Shown: positions 48,420 to 61,382 of the stretch, in pieces
Layout of the letters: every line of letters begins with the position of its first letter
Numbering within the stretch: position 1 is the first letter of the stretch
Assembly (NCBI RefSeq): GCF_006345805.1
Contig: NC_043000.1
Span: forward strand, 60,388,001-60,452,000
Reading direction: 5' to 3'
Length of the DNA stretch: 64,000 nt
From: Octopus sinensis
Lineage: Eukaryota
Notes under the pieces: generated by a model
Told to the model about the DNA's origin: nothing
The model's database searches: none
The model's input: the letters and a program-made list of their open reading frames with translations, nothing else
Program-made: the position numbers and the translations under genes

Positions 48420-50420
48420 GGTGAGTAGAGTTAAGGTATTGAGGGGAAAGATCAGCAGATACATAGATCAGAAAAGGAATCATCCAAGAGGACAGCTTCC
48501 CTCCTATCTTGTTTGTAATCACATCAATTTTTTTGTCAATTTCACTCTATAAAGCTAAGGAGAGTATTCATGGGAAAGAATAAGTGAAAAATGAGTCACC
48601 TCTGTTTATAGTTTATTTGAAGACTTATGGCAAAGATAAAAATCTTATGGATCCCTTAGAGCAAGCTATAAGAATATTTAGTATTGACATTAAGATAACA
48701 TTCAAAATCAAGCAATGTATCGTGATTTAGATGAAGCAATGAAAATTCATAAAAAATGCTGGAATGGATCTACCTGATGATGAGAAAAATAAAATCATTA
48801 AATATAAAAGAAGCATATAAATATTTTAGAATATTGGAAAGTGATAAAACCAAAAATACAGAAAGGCAGGAAGTCCTCCGTAAAGAATATTTTCACAGAA
48901 TGAAGGAAACTTTAACCTCTTTAGCATTCAGATTACTGTGTCAAATGCAGTGGCGGCTCGTAGATAAAATTAGTGGGGGTGCTGCTTCAGAAAATTTTTA
49001 GCTGTTGTTTTAATATTGTGTAAAAGGAAACAAACATATAAAAAGAACATTTATGCAAAAACTTGATCAGTTCACATTTTAGCCACTGCCAGGTAGTGTG
49101 CTTAATTTCTTCACAGAATACCGCCGTGAATTACCCTTGTTTTTCAAAAATCTCCACTAAATCACAAAACAAGGGGGGAAAATCTGCCCTAATTTTCAAA
49201 TCCTGGTAGAAACACTGTAGCTGGAAGCAGGATAATAATATAATTCTACACTTTATCACATTCAAGAATATAAACTCGTTTTTAGGCACAACACATGAAG
49301 TCAAAAAGAAACACTACCTTTCCCCAGCACACCAGGATTGGCACTGCATGAACCGCAGTGCTCTCTCTTCCTAGTTTGGAGCTTCCTATCTCAGACATGT
49401 GAGCATGCGCACAACAGCCAAACTCCATGCCACTGGAACTGTGAAGCACACAGTTCTATACAAGGATTTTTTTTTTTTTTCCATAAACTAGGGTATGGCT
49501 ACTGACATTAAGCTTAAGGATTATATAATGTACAAGTATAAAGAAAAAAGGACTCATTATATTGAATGTTATCGATAATATTGAGTGGAAACAGAGGGTG
49601 CTGCAGTACCTATACATGAGCCGCCACTGGTCAAATGTAATGCTTATTTATTCACATTGTTTTGGATTGATCATGCATTATTTTGTAGCTGAGAGATTTC
49701 AATGATGTGATTGTTTATTTTTAGAATGACATTGTAGGGTAGGTGTGAGAGATCAGTTCTGGTCATAAAACAGGTGGAATATTTGGGCTGGATATGGCCA
49801 GTTTAAATGCTAAGGGGTTAAAACCTAAATTGAACATTGGAAATATACAAGCAGTCAACTTGAGAACCATATCACTAATTAGAGATGGAACAGGAATGAT
49901 TGATTGAAGAAAGCTGAACTGAAGGATTGTGACTGAAAATCTAGGAAGCAGCTCATACTGCATAGAAGCATGCATCCTCATTCAAGTGCTGATCAGTTAT
50001 ATTAGAAAGAACAGAAAGTAGAAAAGGGTTAATAATTGTCAAAAAAATAGCTGAACTGCAGAATAATAGATATGCTGGACTGTTCATCCAAATGTAGAAT
50101 GTGCAATGATTCAAACGAGAATCTAGCTCATATTGTATTAGAATGTCTACAGCTCAGAGTGAATGTAAAAATGTACATATGATAAAATGGCTACAGTAAT
50201 TTGCTGGAATTTTGGAAAATATTCAGTTTCACATGCACAGCAAAGAGCCTTTTCATCATTTTGTGGGAGTAGAAATGAAAGTCTTCAAAAATCATGAAAC
50301 GAGGTTATTATTAGACTCTCCTATCCAAACCAAAAGGAGAATAAAACACTGCAAGCCAGATATTGTTGCCATTGATAAGTAACTCCGCCTTGTAATCAAT
50401 GTTTACATACCTATTTGATA
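48420..50420 (+). mobile_element. Decayed RLE-type (R4/Dong-like) non-LTR retrotransposon, interrupted by a MITE and a SINE
   Basis: KGIIQEDSFPPILFVI at 48473 (RT QGD motif) and KEAYKYFRILE. CRMCNDSNENLAHIVLEC (CX2CX8HX4C) at about 50093. IQTKRRIKHCKPDIVAIDK (restriction-like endonuclease KPD motif) at about 50325-50380. Confidence 0.75.
48948..49629. mobile_element. hAT-type MITE (non-Buster), 682 bp
   Basis: Perfect 12-bp TIR CAGTGGCGGCTC / GAGCCGCCACTG. Perfect 8-bp TSD GTCAAATG at 48940-48947 and 49630-49637. Confidence 0.9.
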
Positions 50421-50486
50421 CTAGAGTCAAGAAAAATAAAAATTAGTGTATTACACCAACTTGAAGTGTGAAATTCTCAAATTCTC

Positions 50487-50890
50487 ATAGGTGTGGCTGT
50501 GTGGTAGGAAGCTTGCTTCACAACTGCATGGTTCTGGATTCAGTCCCATCATGTGGCACTTTGGGCAAGTGTCTTCTACTACAGCCCCAGGCTGACCAAA
50601 ACCTTGTGAGTGGATTTGGTAGATGGAAACTTAAAGAAGCCTGTTATTCATATATGTATGTGTGTGTCTGTGTCAGTATTTGTCCCCCACCACCACTTGA
50701 TAAGTGATGTTAGTGTGTTGATATCCCCACAACTTAGCAGTTTGGCAAGAAACTGATAGAACAAGTTTAAAGAAAAAGGTAAAAAAAATAAGTACTGAGG
50801 TTGATTCATTTGACAAGAAATTCTTCAAGGTGTTGCCCCAGCATGGCGGCAGTCTAATGACTGAAACAAGTAAATGATAAAAGATAAAAG
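50487..50890 (+). mobile_element. tRNA-derived SINE (family A), full length
   Basis: Same head, body and tail as 41252-41610. Confidence 0.85.
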
Positions 50891-52883
50891 AAATGCTGGA
50901 ACAGAAAGTTAACACGGTCATAATCCTACCAATTATCAAATTAGGAATTTGTGAGTAAATCTTGGATAATTAGACTTTAATCTGAGAGTAGGTGCAGTAG
51001 AGAAAATCTGTTTACTTGGTTCAGCAAAAATTATCTGGAAAGTCCTTGATACAAAGTAAGAGCAGATATGAACAACATAAAAAGTCTTTCTAACAGATAC
51101 AAAAAAAAAATACTCCTCATCCTAGACTACAAGTTGATGTTTGATAGGAAGCAAAATTACACTGGGTATAGCATCAAAACTGCATAGTATTAAAAATGAC
51201 GGTTTAAAGAAATATCAGAACCACAGCTGATTTATTTTGATGTGAATTGCTGGCAATCTTTTATTTAGTTTTAAGTCGGCCTTTCATATCTGAAAATAAT
51301 TTTGCATTCCCAAGATGCAATTCTGTAAATCTTGACTGTGATCTGTATTTCATTGAAGAGAGAAAGATAGTTCATGATGAGTAGTAATAAAGCATTGCAT
51401 GCTGGTGATGTGATATTGTAAAAGTATGTTCATATGCAAAAAGCAAAATTACCTCTAATAACTGAAAGAGTTCTAATATTCTGTGAAGTTAATTTTCATG
51501 TTGCTTCTCTTGTGGAAACACAGAAAAGCACTTATTGAAAATAAACTAGATAAAACCAGAGCCATATTACTTGCAATATGAAAAAATGTTTCAAAGAACA
51601 ATTGAATCAATAAAACCTGTTAAATAGCTGATATAGTGAGAAATTCAATACAGCCAAGCTATCACAATCTTATTGTTGATAGCAGTCATCTTTTTGAAGT
51701 TTTCTTGGTTAAAGGACTCATATGAACCTACACAACTAATGATTTCCTTCATCTGAAAATCTATCCACCAAAATCTATATAGCACTTGTAAGAAATTGCT
51801 AATAGTACAAAGGATAAATCAGGCTTTGAAGTTATTGTTGATAAGTATTTGCAAACAAAACTAATAAACCATGAATATGTCTGGTACAGGAAATTTCAAA
51901 GACAACAAAAAGTAATTTGCACAAAAATAAGAAAAAGATATCTTAGTCAAAATACAAACCAGGCCTGGATAGATAAATGAAGGAAGAAGTTAAGACAATG
52001 GTCAATTTTAGGAAAACTCTATTAATCAATGTTAACATCATTAATTGCTTCTTGCTTCCATTGAGATTACTTTGTATATTGTCAATAGAATATGAAGAGA
52101 TTAGAAGTAGGTAGTACAAGCAAGAGTCAACACATTAAAAAGTGAGATTTGCTATGAGTAGTCCTTAAAACATACTAATTTTATTTTTTTCTTCAATGAT
52201 TTAGTCAAAGAAGGAAAGGCAGTATAATAACCCTTAACCGGGCATCTGACTGGTTGGCAGGAGGAAGAGTGGTATTTTATCCTTAGACCGGGACTTGGAT
52301 CAAATGCTTGCAATAAACAAACAAGGATTAGGTAAGGGTGTTGAATCAGGTGACTTGAGTAAGTCTAGCATCAAGAATGAGGTTTCATACAGTGCCCATC
52401 TATGATAGCTAATCAACCATGGGTAATGGTTGAAAGAACAAGCTCAAAATGTTGCACAGTGAGACTGAACCAGAAATCACAAAGTTACACAGCTAACTTT
52501 TTGATCATACAAACATGTTTACATCCATGTTTATTGTATAGAAATAAATAGTTAAGTAAATTTATGAAAATATATCTTAACTTTCAAAGGAATAAAATAT
52601 TCAGTTTTAATGGTAGAATTAAGTATTGAATCAATTTTACTAGATTTATTCTGTTTAAATACTTGACAGAATATAATTTGAAATCTGTTCTATGAGTAAT
52701 GATTGCAGGAAATCAACTTTATAAGTATGTTGTTGTCCTTACCTATAGGAAATGTTTGTACTCTGGTAGTTACTTTCCTCAAACATCTGTCTTATAGAAT
52801 TCTCATTTCAAATAAATATTACTTTAATCACTTTGTGCGCCTGGTGGACAACTGTTATAGGCAGGAGAAACAATTCCTTCTAG

Positions 52884-52940
52884 ATTAAGTTAGTTGCGGT
52901 GGATTTGGAAGTTTGGAATTTGCATCAAAGAGTAAAGATG
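52884..52940 (+). other. Candidate 57-nt exon ending in ATG at a consensus donor
   Basis: ccttctag|ATT...AAAGATG|gtgagt. Open in phase 0 (IKLVAVDLEVWNLHQRVKM). No homology recognised. Confidence 0.25.
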
Positions 52941-53281
52941 GTGAGTATGCACATGTAATTTTTTTTTCTACACATAAAGTTTTTAGCCATTGGTGGCTAT
53001 GTATTTGATCCTTCTTTGGAATCAGCAGCATAACTTGAGATATATAAATTAAGCTAAATTCAATATTTTACAAAGTCAGACATTCCTTATAGAGAGAAAA
53101 CAGTTTATAGTTTAAAAGGCATTCCTGATTTTTTCATCATTTTAAATTTTGTGCTGATCACCTTATGATACTTGGGAACAACTTATTAGAATTTTCTCTC
53201 TTTTTCTCTTTCTCTTTAGTAACTCCCAACATACTAATTGGTTACTTGAGGCCTGTTCTATTATGAGATGGCTCTTTAAAG

Positions 53282-53637
53282 CAGTGGTTTTCAATTTTTC
53301 TGACTTTGTAGTTGACTGGATATCGTGTAAAAAAATTAGTGCAATTCCCATAGAAAGTAAGAAATATTACTGTAACACTTTGCATAGAATGCTAAACAAA
53401 ACTAAATTTTAAAGCTGAAAATTTAGAAAAAATATATATAAAAATACTCTATTGCTCATCTCATTTAATTACTCACACTTATCCATAACAAGATTATGAA
53501 TAACATGCTTTCAAGATGCTCAAGTATAAGTACAGATTTTCTAGAACTCTAAATTATATTTTTTTAAATTCAAAGTACATCTGAAACTTCACTTGTGATG
53601 CACAAATGCAGTACAGTGCACTGTTCAAGAATCATTG
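53282..53637. mobile_element. Degenerate Buster-type hAT MITE
   Basis: TIR-like CAGTGGTTTTCAA and TTCAAGAATCATTG. Flanks CTTTAAAG and ATTTAGAG match 6/8 and fit nnnTAnnn. Confidence 0.5.
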
Positions 53638-54079
53638 ATTTAGAGATACAGTTAAGATTAAAATAGCTTGGTATTATTATTATTGTTATAAATAGAGTGA
53701 GCTGACAGAATTGTTAGAGCATTAGGCAAAATATCTAGCAGTACCTTTTCCATCTCATCATGTTCTGAGTTCAAGTCCCACCAAGGCTGACTTAACTTTT
53801 TATTTTTACAGGGTTGATAAAAAAAGTCCCATTACACCCTTTCTTCATTGATGAAATAAAGTACCAGCCAAGTACTGGGGACGCTTGTATTGACTAACCA
53901 CCAACCATCCAAATTGCTAGCTTTGTGCCTAAATTAGAAACAGTTATTATTGTTACAACAACAACTATTGCTGCTGCAGCCACTACTGTTACTACTACTT
54001 AAACAGAAAATATTGGTTGGGGAAAGGTGTTTCATTCATGTAACATTATTTTTTCCACTGCTACTGTATTCATGTAGTA

Positions 54080-54409
54080 CAGTGGTTCTTAAGCATTTTC
54101 TTATCTATGGACCCATTTAATTACTGTTCTATTCTGGTAGATCCTCACAGCCATTCAATGTTTAAAAACTAGTTTTATTGAAAGTTCTTTCAAATTTCCT
54201 ATTTTACTTTTCACACATTTGTTTAGTTTGAGCTATATGAAATATTAGAGAAAGAATTTAGCTGTTTCTTGCCATAAATACATCAAAAGAAAAAACTTTT
54301 CAGGTACTCTTAACATACTATTGCAGGTTCCCAATTTACGATTTTGTTTGTGTGAACCCCCCCACCCCACCAAAATCTTATATGGACCCTTAGGGGTTGA
54401 GAACCACTG
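54080..54409. mobile_element. Buster-type hAT MITE, 330 bp
   Basis: TIRs CAGTGGTTCTTAA and TTGAGAACCACTG. TSD ATGTAGTA / ATTTAGTA (7/8). Internal sequence is shared with 55724-55972. Confidence 0.85.
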
Positions 54410-54428
54410 ATTTAGTAGAATAATTTAC

Positions 54429-54429
<1 letters not shown>

Positions 54430-54472
<43 letters not shown>
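54430..54472. repeat. (GT)n microsatellite
   Basis: Seen directly. Confidence 0.95.
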
Positions 54473-54475
<3 letters not shown>

Positions 54476-55723
54476 GGGGTAAAAGTATTTGGTTATTGTT
54501 CAATGTAAAAAGTATGAGAAGCTCAAATCCAATAAAAATCATATATTACATATTGTTTTTTCAAGTTTTTTGTTTCAGTCAACTGTAAATGCTCATTTCA
54601 ATATCTTTATTTCATTAGTATGTTAATTATTAGCCACATCAAAGTTATGTTTTTCAACATTATGTACAAATCATAAATGTACAGGGAAAATGCTCCAAGT
54701 TCAAATTTCACACTGACCTCTTATCAAATGTTTTCCCCTATCCCATTATTTCCAAGCTATTTATCCCCAGCCCCCACAATAACTTTCCAGAAAAATGTAT
54801 GCTTCACTAGTAGTTGGGAAAAAAACAACTTTAGTTCTAATATGTTATTGCAATTATTTAATACAAAAGCATCTACCAGTAACCCTTTTGTTTAGTAATG
54901 AATTAAAAAAAAATATTATTGACCAAGGAAAAAAAAAGCAATTTTCACGATTTTATGTCCTACTAAAAAAAAAAGAGAAGGAAAATCATTTTGGATTGCA
55001 CACCTACTACAATTTCTCCAGGCCCCACCGGTGAGAATCACTGCCCTATCCTATTATGCCTTCATTCATATTTATGTTGTGCCTACCATCTTGCTTCATT
55101 TGTATATGATTTACTGTTTCATTTACTTTGTCATTCATCTGTTACCTAACATCAAATCCATTTACTTTGTCATACACCTTTGCCTAATATCAAACCAGTT
55201 TCTGCTTATTCTTTACACATTTTATTAAAATTTCTAGTAACATGTACATTCATAATCTGGGTCTCTGTTTCCTTCCTTAGCCTGGTATCTTTTAACTAAA
55301 TCACTTATTATTTTTCTGCTATATCTTCTGCTGTTTCCTTGGCAAGCTACATGCATTCATATAACACTTTTTTCAGTTTCTGTTTTCTTTCTTTTTTTCC
55401 CTTTTGTTTGTAATTTTTTTCCTATCTCTCTTGCAGCATGCACAAGCTTCTACTTACCTTCCCTAAAATATTTCTTGAGTCCTATAATTATCAAGTGTAA
55501 CATGTTTGCAGCATTGAGTCATTTGATGCCTCCAATTTTATTTACACACACATTGCCTACCAGCATTGCTCTGTGAATGTAACCAATTATTATCACTATA
55601 ACAAAATATCTGAATCCATCTCTTCAATGAGCTCATGTTTTAAAATTTATTGATAATTTAATATTTGCTTGAAGAGACAAATCTCCCCAACTTTGAAGAA
55701 TTATATGAAGGAGTCTTATAGTT

Positions 55724-55972
55724 TAATGGTTCTCAGCCATCTTTTGCATGTGAACCCCTTTCATTCCTATTTTACTCAAGTGGACCCTCATAGCCATTCA
55801 ATGTTTTAAAAAATCTTGTCATATTTTTATAATTCAATATTAGGAATTGTATAAAAATTGTTAAAATATTGTATATTGTAGAAGCATAACCATTTTATTG
55901 TTTATGAATTTTATCAACAAAATCTTATATGGACCCCTCAAGGGTCATATGGAGCATGGCTGAGAACCACTG
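55724..55972. mobile_element. Buster-type hAT MITE, 249 bp
   Basis: TIRs (TAA)TGGTTCTCAGCCAT and ATGGCTGAGAACCACTG. TSD TTATAGTT / TTATAGAT (7/8). Confidence 0.85.
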
Positions 55973-56091
55973 TTATAGATTAAAGGGATTTTTTTTTTTT
56001 TGCATCTTCACTGTGTGAGTCACTTTCAGACTCATTCAATCTTTAGGACAGCAGTTTCGGTAACATTTATATAGCTTCTATAATAACCTTT

Positions 56092-56485
56092 CTACTGTAG
56101 GCACAAGGCCTGAAATTTGGGGGAGGGGGATAGTTGATTACATCAACCCCAGTACTCAACTGGTACTTATTTTATCTACCTCGAAAGGATAAAAGGCAAA
56201 GTCAACCTCAGCAGAATTTGAACTCAGAATATAAAGACAGACGAAACACCTATTTCTTTACTACCCACAAGGGGCTAAACACAGAGGAGACAAACAAGGA
56301 CAGACAAATGGATTAAGTCGATTACATCAACCCCAGTGCGTAACTAGTACTTATTTAATTGACCCCAAAAGGATGAAAGGCAAAGTCAACCACGACGGAA
56401 TTTGAACTCAGAAAATAGCGGCAGACGAAATACCACTAAGCATTTTATCCAGCATGCTAAAGATTGTGCCAGCTCACCACCTTAT
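56092..56485 (-). mobile_element. Dimeric SINE (family B), CpG-decayed copy
   Basis: Same architecture as 32590-32985, with many CG changed to CA or TG. Confidence 0.8.
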
Positions 56486-57559
56486 ATTGCTTCTCTAATA
56501 ACAGTTCTTTGTGTTTCATTTGAAACAACTTTCATCAGGTTCATGTTTCATCCGCAAAAGCAGGCTGCATAATATCTCAATATTGATATTCTTCAGGTCT
56601 TTATTCTTTAATGACCTTCCTTCCATTTAGTTTTGTTTCTGATATCTCTGATTTACCTTTGATATTTTATTTTACCTTTCTCTTATCTTCATTTCCTTCT
56701 GTTCCTCTTCATCATTCTGCAAAACATGAAAACATGTTTATCTCTCACCCTTCCTTGGTGATCATATCACCTTTTCCATGCAGTTTTTGTTGTTGTTTAG
56801 TTCCAGGTTACTCCTGACTAAAAAGATCCATGATCAAAGGAATCCCACCTGTGACCATCCTACTTTTTAAAGGATGCCTGATGTTACATAATCTGCTGTG
56901 TCCTTTCCTTATTTGATGTGATAGGATGTTATTTGGTGAGGTGATTTGGTTGCAACATCTAGCATGTCTAATAACCATATAGAGGTTTTCTTGATAGTCT
57001 ATCTAATTGCCTTGTTGTCTAGAAGGGTAATTCTATTAGACTTTATTCTTTTTGCTCTCTTTAATATAAGTGTGGCACATATTTGTTTCCAATATCTCTA
57101 CTGAACATTTATTCAGACTGTTCACTCAGTCTCACAGTAAAATTACTATATCAGCACAGACACAACTATCCTCACAGTCTACATGTACTATCGACTGGCT
57201 TCCTGTCTATTTATAATGGCTGGCTACTACCACTTTTACTGGGAGGGGTGTACAGTTTCACCACACAACAGTGTTTGTACTCACCACTGCTTGACAACTA
57301 ATGTTTGTTTGTTTACATCCCTATAACTTTGTGATGCTGCAAAAAGAGACCAATAGAATAATTACCAGACTTTAAGAAAAGAAAATGTACTTGAATTGAT
57401 TTGTTCAACTAGACCCTTCAAGGCAGTGCCCCAGCATGGCTGCAGTCTAATGACCGAGGCAAGTTAAAGATCAAAGATCATTTCCTCAAGAAGCTGATGT
57501 TCACTTTCCATGAAGAAATATAGTTTATCAGTTACCAACCTTATCAATACATTCCACAT

Positions 57560-57900
57560 CAGTAGTAAATGTGTGATCTGTCATTCCATTGGTTATGATG
57601 ACAAGGTTCCAATTGATTCAATCAATGGAACAGCCCGCTTGTGAAATTAACATAAATGGTTGAGCACTCCATAGACATGTTCACACTTAATGTAATTCAC
57701 TGGGAGACTTAGTGTGACACAGAATGTGGCAAGACTAGCCCTTTGAAATACAGGTGCAACTAATTTTTGCCAGCTGAGTGGACTGGAGCGATGTGAAATA
57801 AAGCATTTTGCTCAAGGACACAATGCACCACCAGGAATTGAACTCATGGCCTTACAATTGTGAGACAAATACCCATAACCACTAAACCACACATCCTCAC
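57560..57900 (-). mobile_element. tRNA-derived SINE (third family)
   Basis: tRNA-like head in reverse orientation at the right end ('ggaattgaactc...aaccactaaaccacac'). The body recurs at about 15000-15090. Confidence 0.65.
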
Positions 57901-58919
57901 TTCATATGTGTGATAGACATATATTTACTCACTTCAGTTCTTTTGCTATTATCATTCTGTGAAAAGGCACTTATCTCAAAACTAAAATGAAGAGAAATAA
58001 ATAAATTAATGAAGTCTAACATTCAGAAGCCTCAGAGAGATGAATAAAGGGAGCATTCTGCTACTTGTGGCCTGGTTAGGGAACCATACTGAATCCCTGA
58101 CCAGTATCTGTTGTCCAACCAAACCATAACAGATGCAGCTCTCTGACATACCAGCTCCAGTTAAGCCATCTAACCCATGCCAGCATGGAAAATGGACGTT
58201 AAATAATGATCATGGTGATGATAGAGATTATGAAGATGATGGTGATATTTAGAAAAAAAGAACCATAGATGTGTCAGAACAACCTAAGATAAGACTTATA
58301 TAAAGTAACTGGTTGTGGGCAAATTACAGACTGACATCAGTTTATAAACAATGTCAGTTACCAGAAATTTGAAACGTACAGTATGAAGCATGTTTTATTC
58401 TTACCCATTCAGTACCAATCTTAGAAAGTTACAACATTTTCAAATAAACCTTAGTACGTCAGTTTAGAATATAAGAATTTGTATATCTATCTGATACTGA
58501 TATTGATAGATTTGTTTCAATTATATTTAGTTACTTTTCTTATAATATCTAGATTTTAATAGCATCTTGGAAAACCCCAGGTGAAACATTTGTAATGTAT
58601 TTTTTAATAAGAAAATATAAATCCCTCTAATGAGGGATTAGGAACACTGATTGGCAATCTGTAGCCCTCTACACGGGGGTTGTCATGCAGTCCTCAAAGG
58701 AAATTATGTATCTACCAAGTGACTACAAAAATATGCTGACTGGTTTCCAATTCAATATTTTGTTAACTAGAAATTGCAGTAATTAAAACATTGCACTAAA
58801 ATTTAAATAGTCTTTTTGTTATTTTCCATACACTCTTCCTACATTGTGATATTTACATAGTTTACCATTATACTCCATACTGTACAAAATCAATGTAGAA
58901 CATTTCAGAATATTTTAGA

Positions 58920-59356
58920 CTAGTATTATAACCTGATTTCATTCGGGTCTACTCGGGCCACATTTTAAAGATGAGGAATTTAAAAAAAAAAAACCGAAAT
59001 TTTATTAAAAATTAGAAAGAAAATGAAGGCAAAAAGCACTCGTTTTTTCACAATAAAAAATCGTTTCCTAGTAGCCGGAATTTCGCGACAAAATGTATGT
59101 TTATTAAGCACAACAGCCTGCAGTGCATGCCACTGGGCATTAAAAGCCAATCACACAAACCTTGAATCACTCTTTTTGCCATAGCAACCACATCTTTATA
59201 GCTTGCGAATTTTAACCATTGTGGGTCTCATCCTCACCACGCATTTAGTATCCCTGCCAATTTTCAATTTGATCCTAACCTTGGTTTGGCTGCCATTAAC
59301 TGTCAAAGCAAAATGTGCATACATTTTTCGTCCAAGGACTGTTTTATAGATATAGA
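58920..59356 (-). mobile_element. Non-autonomous Helitron (437 bp)
   Basis: Minus strand begins A|TCTATATC (59356) and ends CTAG|T (58920). An imperfect GC-rich hairpin (58932-58947) lies 12 nt before the end. No TSD. These are canonical Helitron termini. Confidence 0.75.
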
Positions 59357-60104
59357 TTTACATCACTAACTTATTGGAGGAAAGGTGAAATAGAATAAAG
59401 TTAATCTATAGTATCATGTTTTATTATTACTATCTTTAAGGCAGCACACTGGCAGAATCATTAGCAGACAAAATGCTTAACAGCATTTCATATGTCTTTA
59501 TGTTTTGAGTTCAAATGCTGCTGAGGGTGACTGTGCCTTTCATTCTTTTGGGATCAATAAAACAAGTACCAGTCAAGTACTAGGATTGATGTAATTGGCA
59601 AAACCACTTCCCTAAGATTCCAAACTTTGTATCTATTATTGAAAGGATTATTATTATAACCTTCATTAAGATGGTGGACTGGGGGAATTATTAGAGCATT
59701 AGAAAATGCTTTGTGGTATATGTATTGGCCCTTTACATTCTGAATTCAAATCCTACCAAGCTCAATGTATATTAAAATGCTCAAAGGTTGAATCTATCAC
59801 TTACGGAAGTTTCATTACCATGAAAACAGGTGGTTACTGACAAGTTTATATAGGTGAAGTGAACAACTATTTTTTTGAAGATATAAGGACCATATGCATA
59901 ATAAGAACTCCAAAGTGTAGCCTTGTTAGGGAAAAAAAGGTGCAGACATGACTGTGTGGTTCAGAAGTTTGATTCACAACAAAGTCATTCTGAGTTCAAT
60001 CCCACTGCATGGCATCTTAGACAAGTGTCTTTTGCTATTGTTCCAAAGCAATCAGTGCTTTGGAAGTGAATTTGGTAACTAAAAACTGTGCAAAAGCCCA
60101 TCAG

Positions 60105-60164
60105 ATATATATATATATATATATACATACACACACACACACACACACATACATACATACATAC

Positions 60165-60220
<56 letters not shown>

Positions 60221-60465
60221 TAAAAAACATATAATAAATGCATCAGCAAATGGAAAACAAGGGTCAGAGGTCCAAATGCAAATTGGTGCTTGAAGGCATG
60301 AAATTGCATTTGACCCTCTGGTTGATAACAGGTGAAGATTTGGTGACCTCCTGTATCTGTTTTCCATTTGTTTGTGCATTTATTATGTTTTTTTAACTTA
60401 TTATTAATGGAACGCTAAGTACCTTTATTTTGTTTTATACATACATACATACATACATACATACA

Positions 60466-60528
<63 letters not shown>
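60105..60528. repeat. Two compound (TA)n/(CA)n/(TACA)n microsatellite blocks
   Basis: Seen directly at about 60105-60218 and 60437-60528. Confidence 0.9.
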
Positions 60529-60531
<3 letters not shown>

Positions 60532-61165
60532 GGGTGGGGTTTGTGTTTGTGTTTTGTGACTCACTGCTTGACAACTGGTGATGGTTTGTTCTCAGGTACC
60601 CATAACTTTCAATGCAAAAAGAGACTTAAAACAATTTCTGGATTCAATTTGTTTAAAAATCCTTCAAGATGGTACCACACTACAATGACTGAAACACGTA
60701 AAGGAATAAAAGTAAATGTATCCAATGGGAAGCAGGAGGATGTTACAGTAAACATGACGGGAAGGTGAAACACTATATGTGTATACTAGCTTATAATAGC
60801 TTATGAGATGCTGTATTAGTGTATGGCATGGAGAAGTCATACAAACTTTAAGAAAAATATATATCCTATAAAGTCAGAGGTTTATTTTTAATTGAAACCT
60901 TTTTCTTTTTATTATAGGTTCAGCTTTCACATCAGAGCTATTCAGCTATTATTATAATTACTTTTCAATGTCAGCTTTCATTGACATCTCTTGCAAAAAT
61001 TTATTAGCATTATGGCTATGTGGTTAAAAATGCTTGCTTTGGAACATTGTGATTATTGGTTCAGTCCCACTGCATAGCATTCTGGGTAAGTGTCTTTTGC
61101 TATAACTCCAGGTCAAGCAATGTCTTATAGGTGAATTTGTTTGATGGAAATTGTGATGTGGGAGT

Positions 61166-61382
61166 CTATGACTGCGTGTGTATCGTTGGCGATTTTTTTC
61201 TTCCGTCTTCCCTTCCTTGGACCTTTCCTGTTTCTATGTTGCTGACGAAGAGCTCTGCTCGAAACGTTAAATCCTCCTTCTTTCTTTCCTTTCCTGAGCG
61301 TCCAATAACACTATACTTGTTCCACATCCTTGCATTGTTGTGTTTTCTCTTTGTTCATGTTTGGATTAATAAGATATTATCT
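61166..61382 (+). mobile_element. Putative Penelope-like fragment with minimal hammerhead-like motif
   Basis: CTGACGA(A)-GAGC-TCT-GCTC-GAAACGTT at 61242-61268 in a CpG-rich, pyrimidine-rich insert abutting a SINE head (about 61010-61165). Confidence 0.55.
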
